This document shows, piece after piece, positions 52,468 through 64,000 of a stretch of DNA of 64,000 nucleotides (positions are counted from its first letter, which is position 1; every line of letters begins with the position of its first letter). A program made the position numbers and the translations under genes. The DNA comes from Paraspadella gotoi. Taxonomy: Eukaryota > Animalia > Chaetognatha. Below the pieces are notes generated by a model, which worked only from the letters and a program-made list of their open reading frames with translations, did no database searches and was not told where the DNA came from. Where the stretch lies: positions 25,379,731 through 25,443,730 of the forward strand of contig CM119266.1 in NCBI GenBank assembly GCA_051294375.1. The letters run 5' to 3'.

Positions 52468-55400
52468 TCACAAACTCCTCTCCTCTTCCTCCCCTCCTCC
52501 CTCTCCTCTTCCCCTTTTATCTCTACTTCCTCCTCCATCTCCCCGGCCAATCTCCCCCAAATCTTCCAGCCTCACGAGTCAATTCGGTTGATTCTTTTGT
52601 TTCCGGCAGCATCCAAACCATCCCCGCGACGTAGCGCCGGCGACGCGATTATCGTCTCCACGCCAGAGGCGCTCTTCGCTGAAAGTTAGGAAGAACGTAG
52701 TGGCCGATGGCGGTGAGGCCGGCCGCCGAAGACCGCCACAGCATACGCCGAGCTCGGAGGAGATGTGGGGAGATTTTCCTGCGGGGTTGGAAGGTCAAGA
52801 AAGGGAAAAAGATGGGGAAAAAAGAAAATAAATTTTACGTAGATATGAAATCTTAAACTTTCTAAATTGTAACCTGAGATTACTGAATCAACATCGTTTG
52901 GCCTTTCCCCCCTTTTTTTATGAAAATGTTATTTTAGACTCTATCATTGTTCATTTTTTCGCGTGAATACAAAATAGCTTTTTTGCGACAAAAATATTTT
53001 GTTGATAAAAAATTTTAAAAAATGTTTTTTTCAAAAAATTGAAACTTGTAGAGAAAACACGAAATGTGATATACGTATAATACAATATCAAAACCTCAAC
53101 GTGAAATTAACACCATTACTATCATGAAAAACCGTCAAACAAACGCCCAACGACGAGTCAATTTTAGAATTAAAACAACAATAACAACAACAAACAACCA
53201 ACCTGAATGGTGAGCACGCTGATCTTCTTCGCCACCGATTCCAACGTCTTCGCCCCGATGTTCAACGCCTTTCGAAAGACCGGAAGTTGAGCGCGTCCAC
53301 GTCGACGCCGACGACGCCGCGCGTCACCGCCAGCGTCAGGAAGCAGGCGGCGACGGAGCCGAAGGCCGCCGAGAGCGAGGGCCGGCGCCGGAAGCGAAAT
53401 GTGACGGCGGCGGCGACGAATCTCGGCCGGAAGTCCCGTGACGAGAAGGAGAAAGAAATTGAGGCGCCGATCGCCGCGCGAGAGTTCCGTAGGAGAAGGT
53501 GATCCCGATGTAGACGAGTTGGCAGAAGGAGAGGAATGAGGAAGAGATTGAGGAGGAGGAGGAGAAAGGAGGAATTACGGACGGCCGTGCGGAGCCGATC
53601 TCGAGGAGGAAGGAGGAGGAGGAGGAGGAGAGGAGGAGAGGCGAGAGGAGCGGCGTCGTTCGTCTTTCTTAGTCCACAGCGCCGGATATTCGGCGCGAGG
53701 CGGAAGGCGCCGGAGAGGGGCCCTCGACGCGGCGTCAGTCGGCGAGAGGGCCTCGGAAAAAAGCGTCACCGCCTCTGGCGTCACTTCCGGCGTGACGCTC
53801 GTCAAGGATTCCGTCGCGTAATCTCGCGTCGGCGAGATCGAGTTCCATGCGGCGCTCGACGGCGCAGGGCGCGCTACGCAGCCACGTGGGGCCGTTGCGT
53901 CGGTGCGGCGGCGCTGTTGGGGTCGCGTGGCGGCGCTGTTGAGGTGGGTTTGGCGGAATCGTTTTCGTCTGAGGAAAAATAACATTTCTTTTAATTATCG
54001 ATGATCGCACGTGATAAGAAATGATGATTAATGATTTATGATTATCTAATGATAATAATTTTTAATGGTATCTCAGCAACGCCATGAATTTTATGCGATC
54101 GTTCATAAAGCTTGTTTCGAGCAAAACCAAAGCTTGTTTCAATCCTTCCAACTCACCGGCAAGCAGCTTCTCCCCTTTCCCGTTTCCCTTCCCGTCTCCT
54201 TGGGCGACGGACGTTTTGAGAACTCCTCCTCGTCCAGCCTCTTCCCCCTCGACTCGGCCACGCCCTTCAGCACCCGCGAACGCCTCGTCGACTCGACCCT
54301 TCTGGATCAGCCAGGCGGGCTCTCCGGCATCAGCAGCACCGCCGGCGCCACCAGCGCGCGAAGCCGTAGATGAGGCAGCAGAAATGCGCCAGTTGGGCAC
54401 CAAGTAGTTGAATGAGCGGGAGGCCTGCAGCCGCCTAGGTCCAAGGCGGGATCGGCGTTGATCGGTAGGAATCGATGTTTGGAGGAGAAGATTTCCGTTT
54501 GTATCTTTAATTTTTTGAAGGGGGGGAGCGGGGGCGGCGGTTGAATTAACGGCATCTCGAATAATAAAGACCCTGAAAGCACATTCATCCTCATGGCCTC
54601 AAGTCCTGTCCTCTGACGGATCTGATGGACAAAGCAGAGACCGAGAACGGAGAAACATGTTTCTACTAGCCAGGGGGTTTGTTGCCCCATTGCTCAACGT
54701 CATGTATTGTTGCCACGTTTACCTCGCTTTTACGGACTTTGCCTCTCTTGCCTCTCTTGCCTCTACTTCTCTCGCCTCGACTTTCTCCCTCTCTCACTTC
54801 TCCCCTCTCTCGCCTCTACTTCTCTCACTTCTCCCTATCTTTCCTTCTCCCTCTCTCTACCCCTAACTCTCCAACTCACGACGACATCGTGGACAATCCG
54901 GTGAAGCAGACGCCGAGACAGAATCTGATTTCCGCAGTAGACGAAGAGATTGGGAACCCAGATTTGTCTGGAGGCCGACGACGCCGGCGAGGAATCCGGA
55001 GACGACGACGACGCGGCGTCGACCGAAGGCGTCGGAGAGGGCGCCGCAAAAGAGGCATCGCGACGGCAGCTCCACGAAGAAACTCACCTTGAGGGGAAGT
55101 AGGAAAAGGGGGAAAGGATTCGGAGAGGGATTTGTTTGGGTTTTGGGGGGGGTGTGTGTTAGCATTCCGATCTTGGAAAAATAGGTGTTTTCAAAATTAA
55201 AATATCATTTTTTATTAGTATCTTCTTGATTTTGTCGTCGTCAGTAATACATCAACATCATCATCATCGTCGTCGTCGTTCGTCGTTTCGGTCGTTCCGT
55301 CGTCGTCGTCGTCAGTCATCATCATCCTCATCATCCTCATCATCATCAGCATCATCATCATCATCATAATCATCATCATCATCATATCATCATATCATAT

Positions 55401-55782
55401 CATCATCATCATCATCAATGATTCATCATCACCCTATTCTTCTCACGTCCGTTCATATTGAGAAGATATTCCTTTTCCCCAAAAGTTTCCATTCAAACGC
55501 CATCGATTCCATCGAGTCAGATAATTCAGCGGGATAAACCGTCTTCGCGACGCCGGCGCCATCGCTGCCGTTGACGGCGCCCGACCGGTCGAGTTTCCTG
55601 CGCCAGACGCCGCCGATCCGGCGTCCACGATGACGAGAGTGTTGCCGAGATAGAGGAAAGACGTTGGTGAATCCGACGAAGGCGTGGAGGAAGAAATGCC
55701 GAGCGGGAACCAACCGCAAAGGCCGTAGTCGATGTAGAGGCTGTCCGGTAGGCGCCGCGCCGCGCCCGCCGCCGCCCGCCAT
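52468..55782 (-). pseudogene. Second, indel-riddled copy of the whole SLC22 gene (uncollapsed haplotype or low-quality consensus more likely than a true pseudogene)
   Basis: All five exons are collinear with 24351-32912, with many 1-2 nt indels; lacks the 5.1-kb intron insertion. Confidence 0.75.
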
Positions 55783-56215
55783 GGCGTATTGTCTGATGCG
55801 GAAAAAAGGGGCTGAGGTTGTTGTCGGTCGGAGGAAGACTTAGTCGGTCTATTGGCGAACTGAGGTTTTGCGTTGTTGAATTTATTTCAGTTTATAATAT
55901 TTGGTTTTTGGTTTTTTCGCTGAGACTGTGTGTGTGGATAGAAAATGAATCTATTAAATTTTTAAAAAAATATTCTAATTCTTTGATAAATTCAATATAT
56001 ATTTTATTTTTGAGCTTGGATAGTCCGAAATCGATAGCAGAACTATCAGCAAAATAAATCGACTCCGGTCGGCTGTCCTATAACATTCATTGTATAAACC
56101 ATTGTTTTGAATTCGGTGTCGTTTTCCTTCGATGTTTTCGTCGAAACGCGAGAAATAAAAAAAGTTTTCTGGTCTCCGTGGATTAAATTTTTCCGATTTT
56201 GGGTCGAAACTCGAT

Positions 56216-56282
<67 letters not shown>

Positions 56283-56406
56283 CTCTCTCCTTCATTGTTT
56301 TTTGTATTTTTTTGTTTCGACCACTTGTTATGCTGAATTAGGAATGTGAAACCCTATAAACCCTCTACAGTATACACCGAAATCACAAAAACTAGGCAAA
56401 GTCAAT

Positions 56407-56502
<96 letters not shown>

Positions 56503-57445
56503 GCACGTCAGAATTGGGTTTAACTTCAAAGTTGCAACATTTAACGCTTTGCCCCTGCAGCTCTCAGTTTGCTCTTGAAACTTGATTAAAATTCATGTTT
56601 TCCCGTTTGTCGTCTTCAATTTGTATATTTTGTACATAAAGCTCTTCGTAATGTTCTTAGCTTATTTCTTCTTTTATGTTTACCATCTGTAAGTATTTGT
56701 AGACATATTTTCGTACGTTTTCGCCACTTTTCGGTGCATTCGTTCAGACTTTGTGTTTCAGCAATTCGTTCTGAATGTGTGTCCTTCGATTCTCGCAATT
56801 CAATTAAATTTGCCTCCAAATCCGAATACAGAAACGGCTGAGTCAATTGAAACGACAAATCGTCTACTAATAAGTGTAGCTTAAATTATACATTATTACA
56901 ATCATACATAAAAATCAAATAATGAAGGCGAGAAAGAAAAAAAAACTGAAGTGAATGTAATGAGAAAGTAAGTGGAATTTGAGGGCTAAGTGAAATTTGG
57001 TTCTCAAAGCTCGAGTGAAGTTGAAGTGATAGTGAAATTAATTGTTAAGTGAGCGGGAAAATATATCGTGAAGTGAGCGAGTGTGAATCGAGATGAGGAA
57101 ATCGTCCTAGACTTGAATGGCCAATTCGCGTTGGCCATTTCACGAGGAGGTATAAATAAAGACAATAAGTTTTTTTTTTTATGTGAAACCCAAAATAATA
57201 TCAATACATTTTCATTCTTGATTATATTGACTGTGAATCAAAAAAACCAAAAAGAAAACAATAATTTTTATAAAAATTAAACTGGGCGCTTTTTCGTTTT
57301 CAATTTCGGATACAAGAATTACTCTAAATCCAAAAATCGCCGACCCCAATGACCTTCGTACGGATCCATTTTTTGACCCCGATCACCCCGACGAGGTCAC
57401 GAGGTCAATCGTGGTTTAATATTCGTTATTCTTTATCGATTTCCT

Positions 57446-57663
57446 TTATATTTAGCTTTTTTTTAATGAAAAAAAAAAATAATTTCAAGTTGAAAAAAGG
57501 ACAAAAATCGATACACCCGGAGAAACGAGAGAGAGAGAGTGAGAGTGAGGAGAGAGAGAGAGAAGAGAGAAGAAGAGAGAGAGGAGAGAAGAGGAGAGAG
57601 AGAGAGAGGAGGAGAGAGAGCGTCAGATGGGAAAGTCCAGAGATGAGAGAGATGAGACGAGAG

Positions 57664-57696
<33 letters not shown>

Positions 57697-58019
57697 CGCG
57701 CTTTTACGAACTTTCACATGACGTTTGATCGATCGTGAAATCTCAACCATTTTGATCGACTTTTCGTAATATCATTGTTAATATATATTGATATTCAAAC
57801 ACCATTTGTCAACAATTACTTCAGACAATTGCCGGACTGCGCAATGTTCCGCTCGAAAAGGTAACCAACCGAAACTGCCGAAAATTTTCGCGCAGAAATT
57901 GAGATTTGTTTTCGTTGGACTTCCTCTCTAAAACCATTAACTTTATGCGTTAACGCCTTTATTGCTGCGTTTCATAACTCAGAAACGTCTTCCCAAGTGA
58001 CAAAGTCATAATTATGAAA

Positions 58020-58102
<83 letters not shown>

Positions 58103-59869
58103 TTCCGACAATTTCCTCCTCATTAAGCGGCTGAGTAATTTCACGCTACAAATGCTTTTTCACAATCTTTTTTTTTCTTTTTCATCTTTTCTTCAAAAAG
58201 CAGGAAATAAAAACATATCGAAAAAAACTTGGCTAATTTTAAAAGACAAAACCTTAGGCTAANNNNNNNNNNTATTTTTTTGTTTCGTTTCGTTTTGTTT
58301 TTCTTCCCACCCAGAAAGACTCCAGTTTCGATTCGCGAGAAAAAACTTCGACGAAAGTTGATCTTTTCGTCGCCTAAAAAAAAATGCGAAGTTTCGAGAC
58401 GAATTCGTCGCCTTCGTCGTCGCTTTCGTCGTCGCCTTCGTCGTCGCCCTCGTCGCGGCGAAGGCGGCGACGAACTTGAGCCGATTTCCTCCTCGTTACT
58501 TTTTTTTTAAACGGGAATTGCTAGGGTTTTTATTTATTCTCACGTTCGTTTCTGACTCATCGTCGTCGTTGATATCGTCGTCGTCGTTTACGTGCGGTAA
58601 TGGCGATATAATTCGTCGTCGTCGCCGTCATGGTCGTCGTCGTCGTCGTCGCCGTCGCGAGATGATTCATCGACGACCGGGATCGAACCTGGCGTCCGCT
58701 TCCGGTTCCAGGCGGCGCCGATGACGTTCTCTGCCGAGCCGATTACGAACCCTGCGGCGCCGAAAGTAGGATGACAGGCCGACGTGGATAAAAAACCGGT
58801 CAGTCGATAAATTAACTTTTACATTTTGCATTACGTTCTGTTCATTCGCACTAGTTAGTCGGAATTTTTAATTAAAATCGGACGGAAATCTTTGGATTTT
58901 TTCGAAAACTGACGCCGCGGTTTACTTTTCTTGGCACGAACAAAGAACCCTGAGCGTGAGGCGGGTTTTCCGATGCTCGTTTTGAAGACGTTATTCACAG
59001 TTATTGATAAAGTGATGATAGTTAATGGCGATTGATCCACTCTAATTTCTCAATTCTTTGAGTTGGTAAAACTAGAAAAAAACAGGAGAGTGAGAATGCA
59101 CTTTCTAAACTTTCACTGAGCTGAATATATTCCTAAATCGTCTTTCGTTACTCCGTAGTTTAAAGACGTTGTTATGGAAACCAAAGAGATAAAAATAAAA
59201 TGCCAACGACGACGACGACGACAATCAACAAACATCGAAAACAACAACAACAACAACAACTCGGCGAGACCGCGATAACGCCAACGCTTAATAAAAGCCT
59301 CAGCCGGGGCTGCGGGATGTATTACCTTTGTTTTCCTCTCTCNNNNNNNNNNNNNNNNNNNNNNNNNNNNNNNNNNNNNNNNNNNNNNNNNNNNNNNNNN
59401 NNNNNNNNNNNNNNNNNNNNNNNNNNNNNNNNNNNNNNNNNNNNNNNNNNNNNNNNNNNNNNNNTCTCTCTCTCGCCCGACGCGAAAAGATGAATGTATT
59501 TCCCAGACGCCAACAAAACAATAATAATATTTTATCGGAAAAATGGAAGAGAGGAAGTCGAGAGGAAAAAAAGTCTGGACGATGGAAGGTTGCTCTTTTT
59601 TTTTCTTTTTATTGGAGGGGGCGTAGAAGGAGGAAAGGGAAATAGAGGGCGCGTCGGGCGGACGGGAAAATTGCCGAGTCTTTAAAATGGCCAATTAGCT
59701 TTATATGTTTTATCGCGCGGCGTTTCGCTCGTAGCGCCCTCGGTGCCCGGCGCGTGGAATTTATTAAAACTTAACAAAAGTAGTTTATCTTCACATCTCT
59801 CTCTCTCTCTNNNNNNNNNNNNNNNNNNNNNNNNNTCAGAAGATTGAGTGAGAATCTATTAGAAAGATT

Positions 59870-59936
<67 letters not shown>

Positions 59937-60280
59937 TGAAGATAAACTACTTTTGTTAAGTTTTTAATAAATTCCACGCGCCGGGCACCGGGGCGCTACG
60001 AGCGAAACGCCGCGCGATAAAACATATAAAGCTAATTGGCCATTTTAAAGACTCGGCAATTTTCCCGTCCGCCCGACGCGCCCTCTATTTCCCTTTCCTC
60101 CTTCTACGCCCCCTCCAATAAAAAGAAAAAAAAGAGCAACCTTCCATCGTCCAGACTTTTTTTCCTCTCGACTTCCTCTCTTCCATTTTTCCGATAAAAT
60201 ATTATTATTGTTTTGTTGGCGTCTGGGAAATACATTCATCTTTTCGCGTCGGCGGCGAGAGAGAGAGTGAGAGGAGAGAG

Positions 60281-60351
<71 letters not shown>

Positions 60352-61646
60352 CAAAGGTAATACATCCCGCAGCCCCGGCTGAGGCTTTTATTAAGCGTTG
60401 GCGTTATCGCGGTCTCGCCGAGTTGTTGTTGTTGTTGTTGTTTTCGATGTTTGTTGATTGTCGTCGTCGTCGTCGTTGGCATTTTATTTTTATCTCTTCT
60501 GGTTTCCATAACAACGTCTTTAAACTACGGAGTAACGAAAGACGATTTAGGAAATATTCAGCTCAGTGAAAGTTTAGAAAGTGCATTCTCACTCTCCCTG
60601 TTTTTTTCTAGTTTTACCAACTCAAAGAATTTGAAATTAGAGTGGATCAATCGCCATTAACTATCATCACATTATCAGTAACTGTGAATAACGTCTTCTA
60701 AAACGAGCATCGGAAAACCCGCTCACGCTCAGGGTTCTTTATTTGTGCAAAAAAAAAGAAACCGCGGCGTCAGTTTTCGAAAAAATCCAAATATTTCCGT
60801 CCGATTTTAATTAAAAATTCCGACTAACTAGTGCGAATTGGTTACTTGGACTTTACAGAACGTAATGCAAAATGTAAAAGTTAATTTATCGACTGACCGG
60901 TTTTTTATCCACGTCGGCCTGTCATCTACTTTCGGCGATGCAATATGCGTCAGCGCGACGGGGTTCGCCATCGGCGCGCAGGGTTCGTCATCGGCTCGGC
61001 AGAGAACGTCATCGGCGCCGCCTGGAACCGGAAGCGGACGCCAGGTTCGATCCCGGTCGTCGATGAATCATCTCGCGACGGCGACGACGACGACGACGAC
61101 CATGACGGCGACGACGACGAATTATATCGCCATTACCGCACGCAAACGACGACGACGATATCAACGACGACGATGAGTCAGAACGAACGTGAGAATAAAT
61201 AAAACCTAGCAATTCCCGTTTAAAAAAAAAAAGTAACGAGGAGGAAATCGGCTCAAGTTCGCCGCCGCCTTCGCCGCGACGAAGGCGACGACGAAAGGAC
61301 GACGAAAGCGACGACGAAGGCGACGAATTCGTCTCGAAACTTCGCATTTTTTTTTAGGCGACGAAAGATCAACTTTCGTCGAAGTTTTTTCTCGCGATCG
61401 AAACTGGAGTCTTTCTGGGTGGAAGAAAAACAAAACGAAACGAAACAAAAAAATAATAAGAAAAAAAAAAAAAACAACAAATCAAGACTTTTAGCCTAAG
61501 GTTTTGTCTTTTAAAATTAGCCAAGTTTTTTTCGATATGTTTTTATTTCCTGCTTTTTGAAGAAAGATGAAAAAGAAAAAAAAAGATTGTGAAAAAGCAT
61601 TTGTAGCGTGAAATTACTCAGCCGCTTTAATGAGGAGGAAATTGTC

Positions 61647-61733
<87 letters not shown>

Positions 61734-62054
61734 CGTTTCATAATTATGACTTTGTCACTTGGAAGACGTTTCTGAGTTATGAAACGCAGCAATAAAGGCG
61801 TTAACGCATAAAGTTAATGGTTTTAGAGAGGAAGTCCAACGAAAACAAATCTCAATTTCTGCGCGAAAATTTTCGGCAGTTTCGTTGGTTACCTTTTCGA
61901 GCGGAACATTGCGCAGTCCGGCAATTGTCTGAAGTAATTGTTGACAAATGGTGTTTGAATATCAATATATATTAACAATGATATACGAAAAGTCGATCAA
62001 AATGGTTGAGATTTCACGATCGATCAAACGTCATGTGAAAGTTCGTAAAAGCGC

Positions 62055-62113
<59 letters not shown>

Positions 62114-62260
62114 TCTCCCCTCTCTCTCCCTCTCTTCTCTCTTCTCTCTCTCTCTTTCTCTTTTACTCTCACTCTCTCTCTCTCGTTTCTCCGGGTGTAT
62201 CGATTTTTGTCCTTTTTTCAACTTGAATATTTTTTTTTTTCATTAAAAAAAAGCTAAATA
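57446..62260. repeat. Second fold-back inverted duplication (arms ~57446-59810 and 59836-62260, gap at the centre), followed by an extra inverted fragment at 62261-62710
   Basis: Reverse-complement identity; forward sequence resumes at 62711 (tcatccagttaac) exactly where the fold began. Confidence 0.92.
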
Positions 62261-63030
62261 TATTATATCGCCATTACCGCACGCAAACGACGACGACGAT
62301 ATCAACGACGACGATGAGTCAGAAACGAACGTGAGAATAAATAAAAACCTAGCAATTCCCGTTTAAAAAAAAAAAAGTAACGAGGAGGAAATCGGCTCAA
62401 GTTCGCCGCCGCCTTCGCCGCGACGAAGGCGACGACGAAAGAGACCGACGAAAGCGACGACGAAGGCGACGAATTCGTCTCGAAACTTCGCATTTTTTTT
62501 AGGCGACGAAAAGATCAACTTTCGTCGAAGTTTTTTCTCGCGAATCGAAACTGGAGTCTTTCTGGGTGGGAAGAAAAACAAAACGAAACGAAACAAAAAA
62601 ATAATAAGAAAAAAAAAAAAAACAACAAATCAAGACTTTTAGCCTAAGGTTTTGTCTTTAAAATTAGCCAAGTTTTTTCGATATGTTTTTATTTCCTGCT
62701 TTTGAAGAAATCATCCAGTTAACAATGATGAATCCAGAAAAATTCACATAATTGATTTCGAGGAAAAGAAAAGGAAAAGAGGGAGAAGAGATAGAGAATT
62801 GAGATATCGAAGAGAAAGAGAGAGAAAGAGAGAGGTAGAATTGAAGAGAGAGAGAGAGAGAGAGAGAGAGATAAGAAAGTCAGTCCGTGAATCCATCGCG
62901 AACGGACCGACAGATGCTTGGCTTTTTCGACGTTAAAGTTATTAATTAACAGCAATTTTTACTTTACTCTTTAGTTTCTTCTATGATTCTTCAATAAGTG
63001 AATTATACGAATTGTAATTTTAAATTTTAG

Positions 63031-63120
63031 GCGGAAACCTCATCGTCATGTTGTCTTTCCTCATCGATCGCTCAATCCGACAACCCACCAACTACTTCAT
63101 ATTTTCCCTGTCTATTTCTG
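63031..63120 (+). CDS. mAChR-B: mAChR-B TM1-ICL1-TM2 exon, intact ([31 protein letters not shown])
   Basis: 90 nt, phase 1-1, ttttag| and |gtagg; DRxIRQPxNYF is characteristic of B-type (GAR-1/2-like) muscarinic receptors. Confidence 0.93.
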
Positions 63121-63126
63121 GTAGGC

Positions 63127-63188
<62 letters not shown>

Positions 63189-63281
63189 TAATTTACCCAA
63201 TAAATTTTTTGTTTAAAAATTCCTTTTTTTAATTCTTTATTTTCCATATTATCCTGCATCACCCTGTATCTTATTCGACAG

Positions 63282-63392
63282 ACTTTTTGATCGGACTTTT
63301 CTCGATGCCTTTCTTCACCCTGTATCTCCTCAACGAATCCTGGCCCCTGGGATGGATCCTCTGCGATCTTTGGCTTTCTCTCGATTACACGG
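63282..63392 (+). CDS. mAChR-B: mAChR-B TM2-ECL1-TM3 exon, intact ([37 protein letters not shown])
   Basis: 111 nt, phase 1-1; WPLG..CDLWLxLDY carries the amine-binding Asp3.32 and Tyr3.33. Confidence 0.94.
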
Positions 63393-63976
63393 GTAAGGAC
63401 TTAGGAGAGAGTTAGGACTCGGGATTCGAGGTTGAAACCTCCCTCTCCGGGTTAAACCCAAGTGCTCGGAGGCCGGCGATCGTTTTTGATCTCGGTAAGT
63501 CGAGGTTAAAAACTTAAATCCTCACCGTACAGACATCCGGAGTTTTTTTTCATTTTTTTTTCCTTTTTCTTTTATTTCTAAAAATAAAAAGTTACCATAT
63601 GAAATTGGTACAACCAGTATAGAATTATCCATTCATTTCATAAACAAGCTATCTTGCTGCTGACTTTGGACAGGCTATGGCGGCGACCTCCATCACTATT
63701 AAAAGATAATGACATAGCGGGTCCCTGCAGGCTTTCAATCAAGACTCTCTCGCAGTCTCATTTATTCCCGCATAGAGTATCTGGGTTCCTTATCAATGAA
63801 GTGGTATATATTTCAAAGAATGTTTCAATTGTAAAAAAATGACCACTCCCTGTAATTCGAAATATATGTTTTTTTGTTTTTTTTAGGAAACTATGATATT
63901 TTCCTCTTACGGCTAAAGCTTCCCCTCCTCTTCCTCTTCCTCTTCCTCTTCCCCTCTTCTTCCTCTTCCTCCCCAG

Positions 63977-64000
63977 TCTGCCTCAGCTCCATCTACACCG
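63977..64000 (+). CDS. mAChR-B: mAChR-B TM3-TM4 exon, copy 3, cut by the window end
   Basis: ccccag|tctgcctcagctccatctacaccg, identical to the start of 38547. Confidence 0.8.

Overview
Eukaryotic (invertebrate animal-type) genomic DNA: intron-rich, full of (AG)n/(CGT)n/(CAT)n microsatellites, with N gaps and many single-base indels between duplicated copies. Nearly all listed ORFs are low-complexity noise. Hand-splicing gives two interleaved genes. (1) Plus strand: a multi-exon class A GPCR with B-type muscarinic acetylcholine receptor signatures ([45 protein letters not shown], ICYFW). It runs from a long multi-exon N-glycosylated N-terminus (~8.4-21.5 kb) through TM1-TM5 into ICL3 (52.2 kb); I found no TM6-7 exons in the window. 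(2) Minus strand, wholly inside the receptor intron that splits TM1: a 5-coding-exon, ~651-aa SLC22-family MFS transporter (24351-32912) with a cysteine-free first extracellular loop and an expanded central loop. The 24-64 kb region is present in 2-3 redundant copies and there are two large fold-back palindromes, which most likely reflect amplification or assembly artefacts or uncollapsed haplotypes. Also present: an hAT-type MITE with an 8-bp TSD, a ~5.1-kb insertion found in only one copy of the SLC22 intron, a ~2-kb-period repeat cluster and several minisatellites. No rRNA, full tRNA or CRISPR could be supported.
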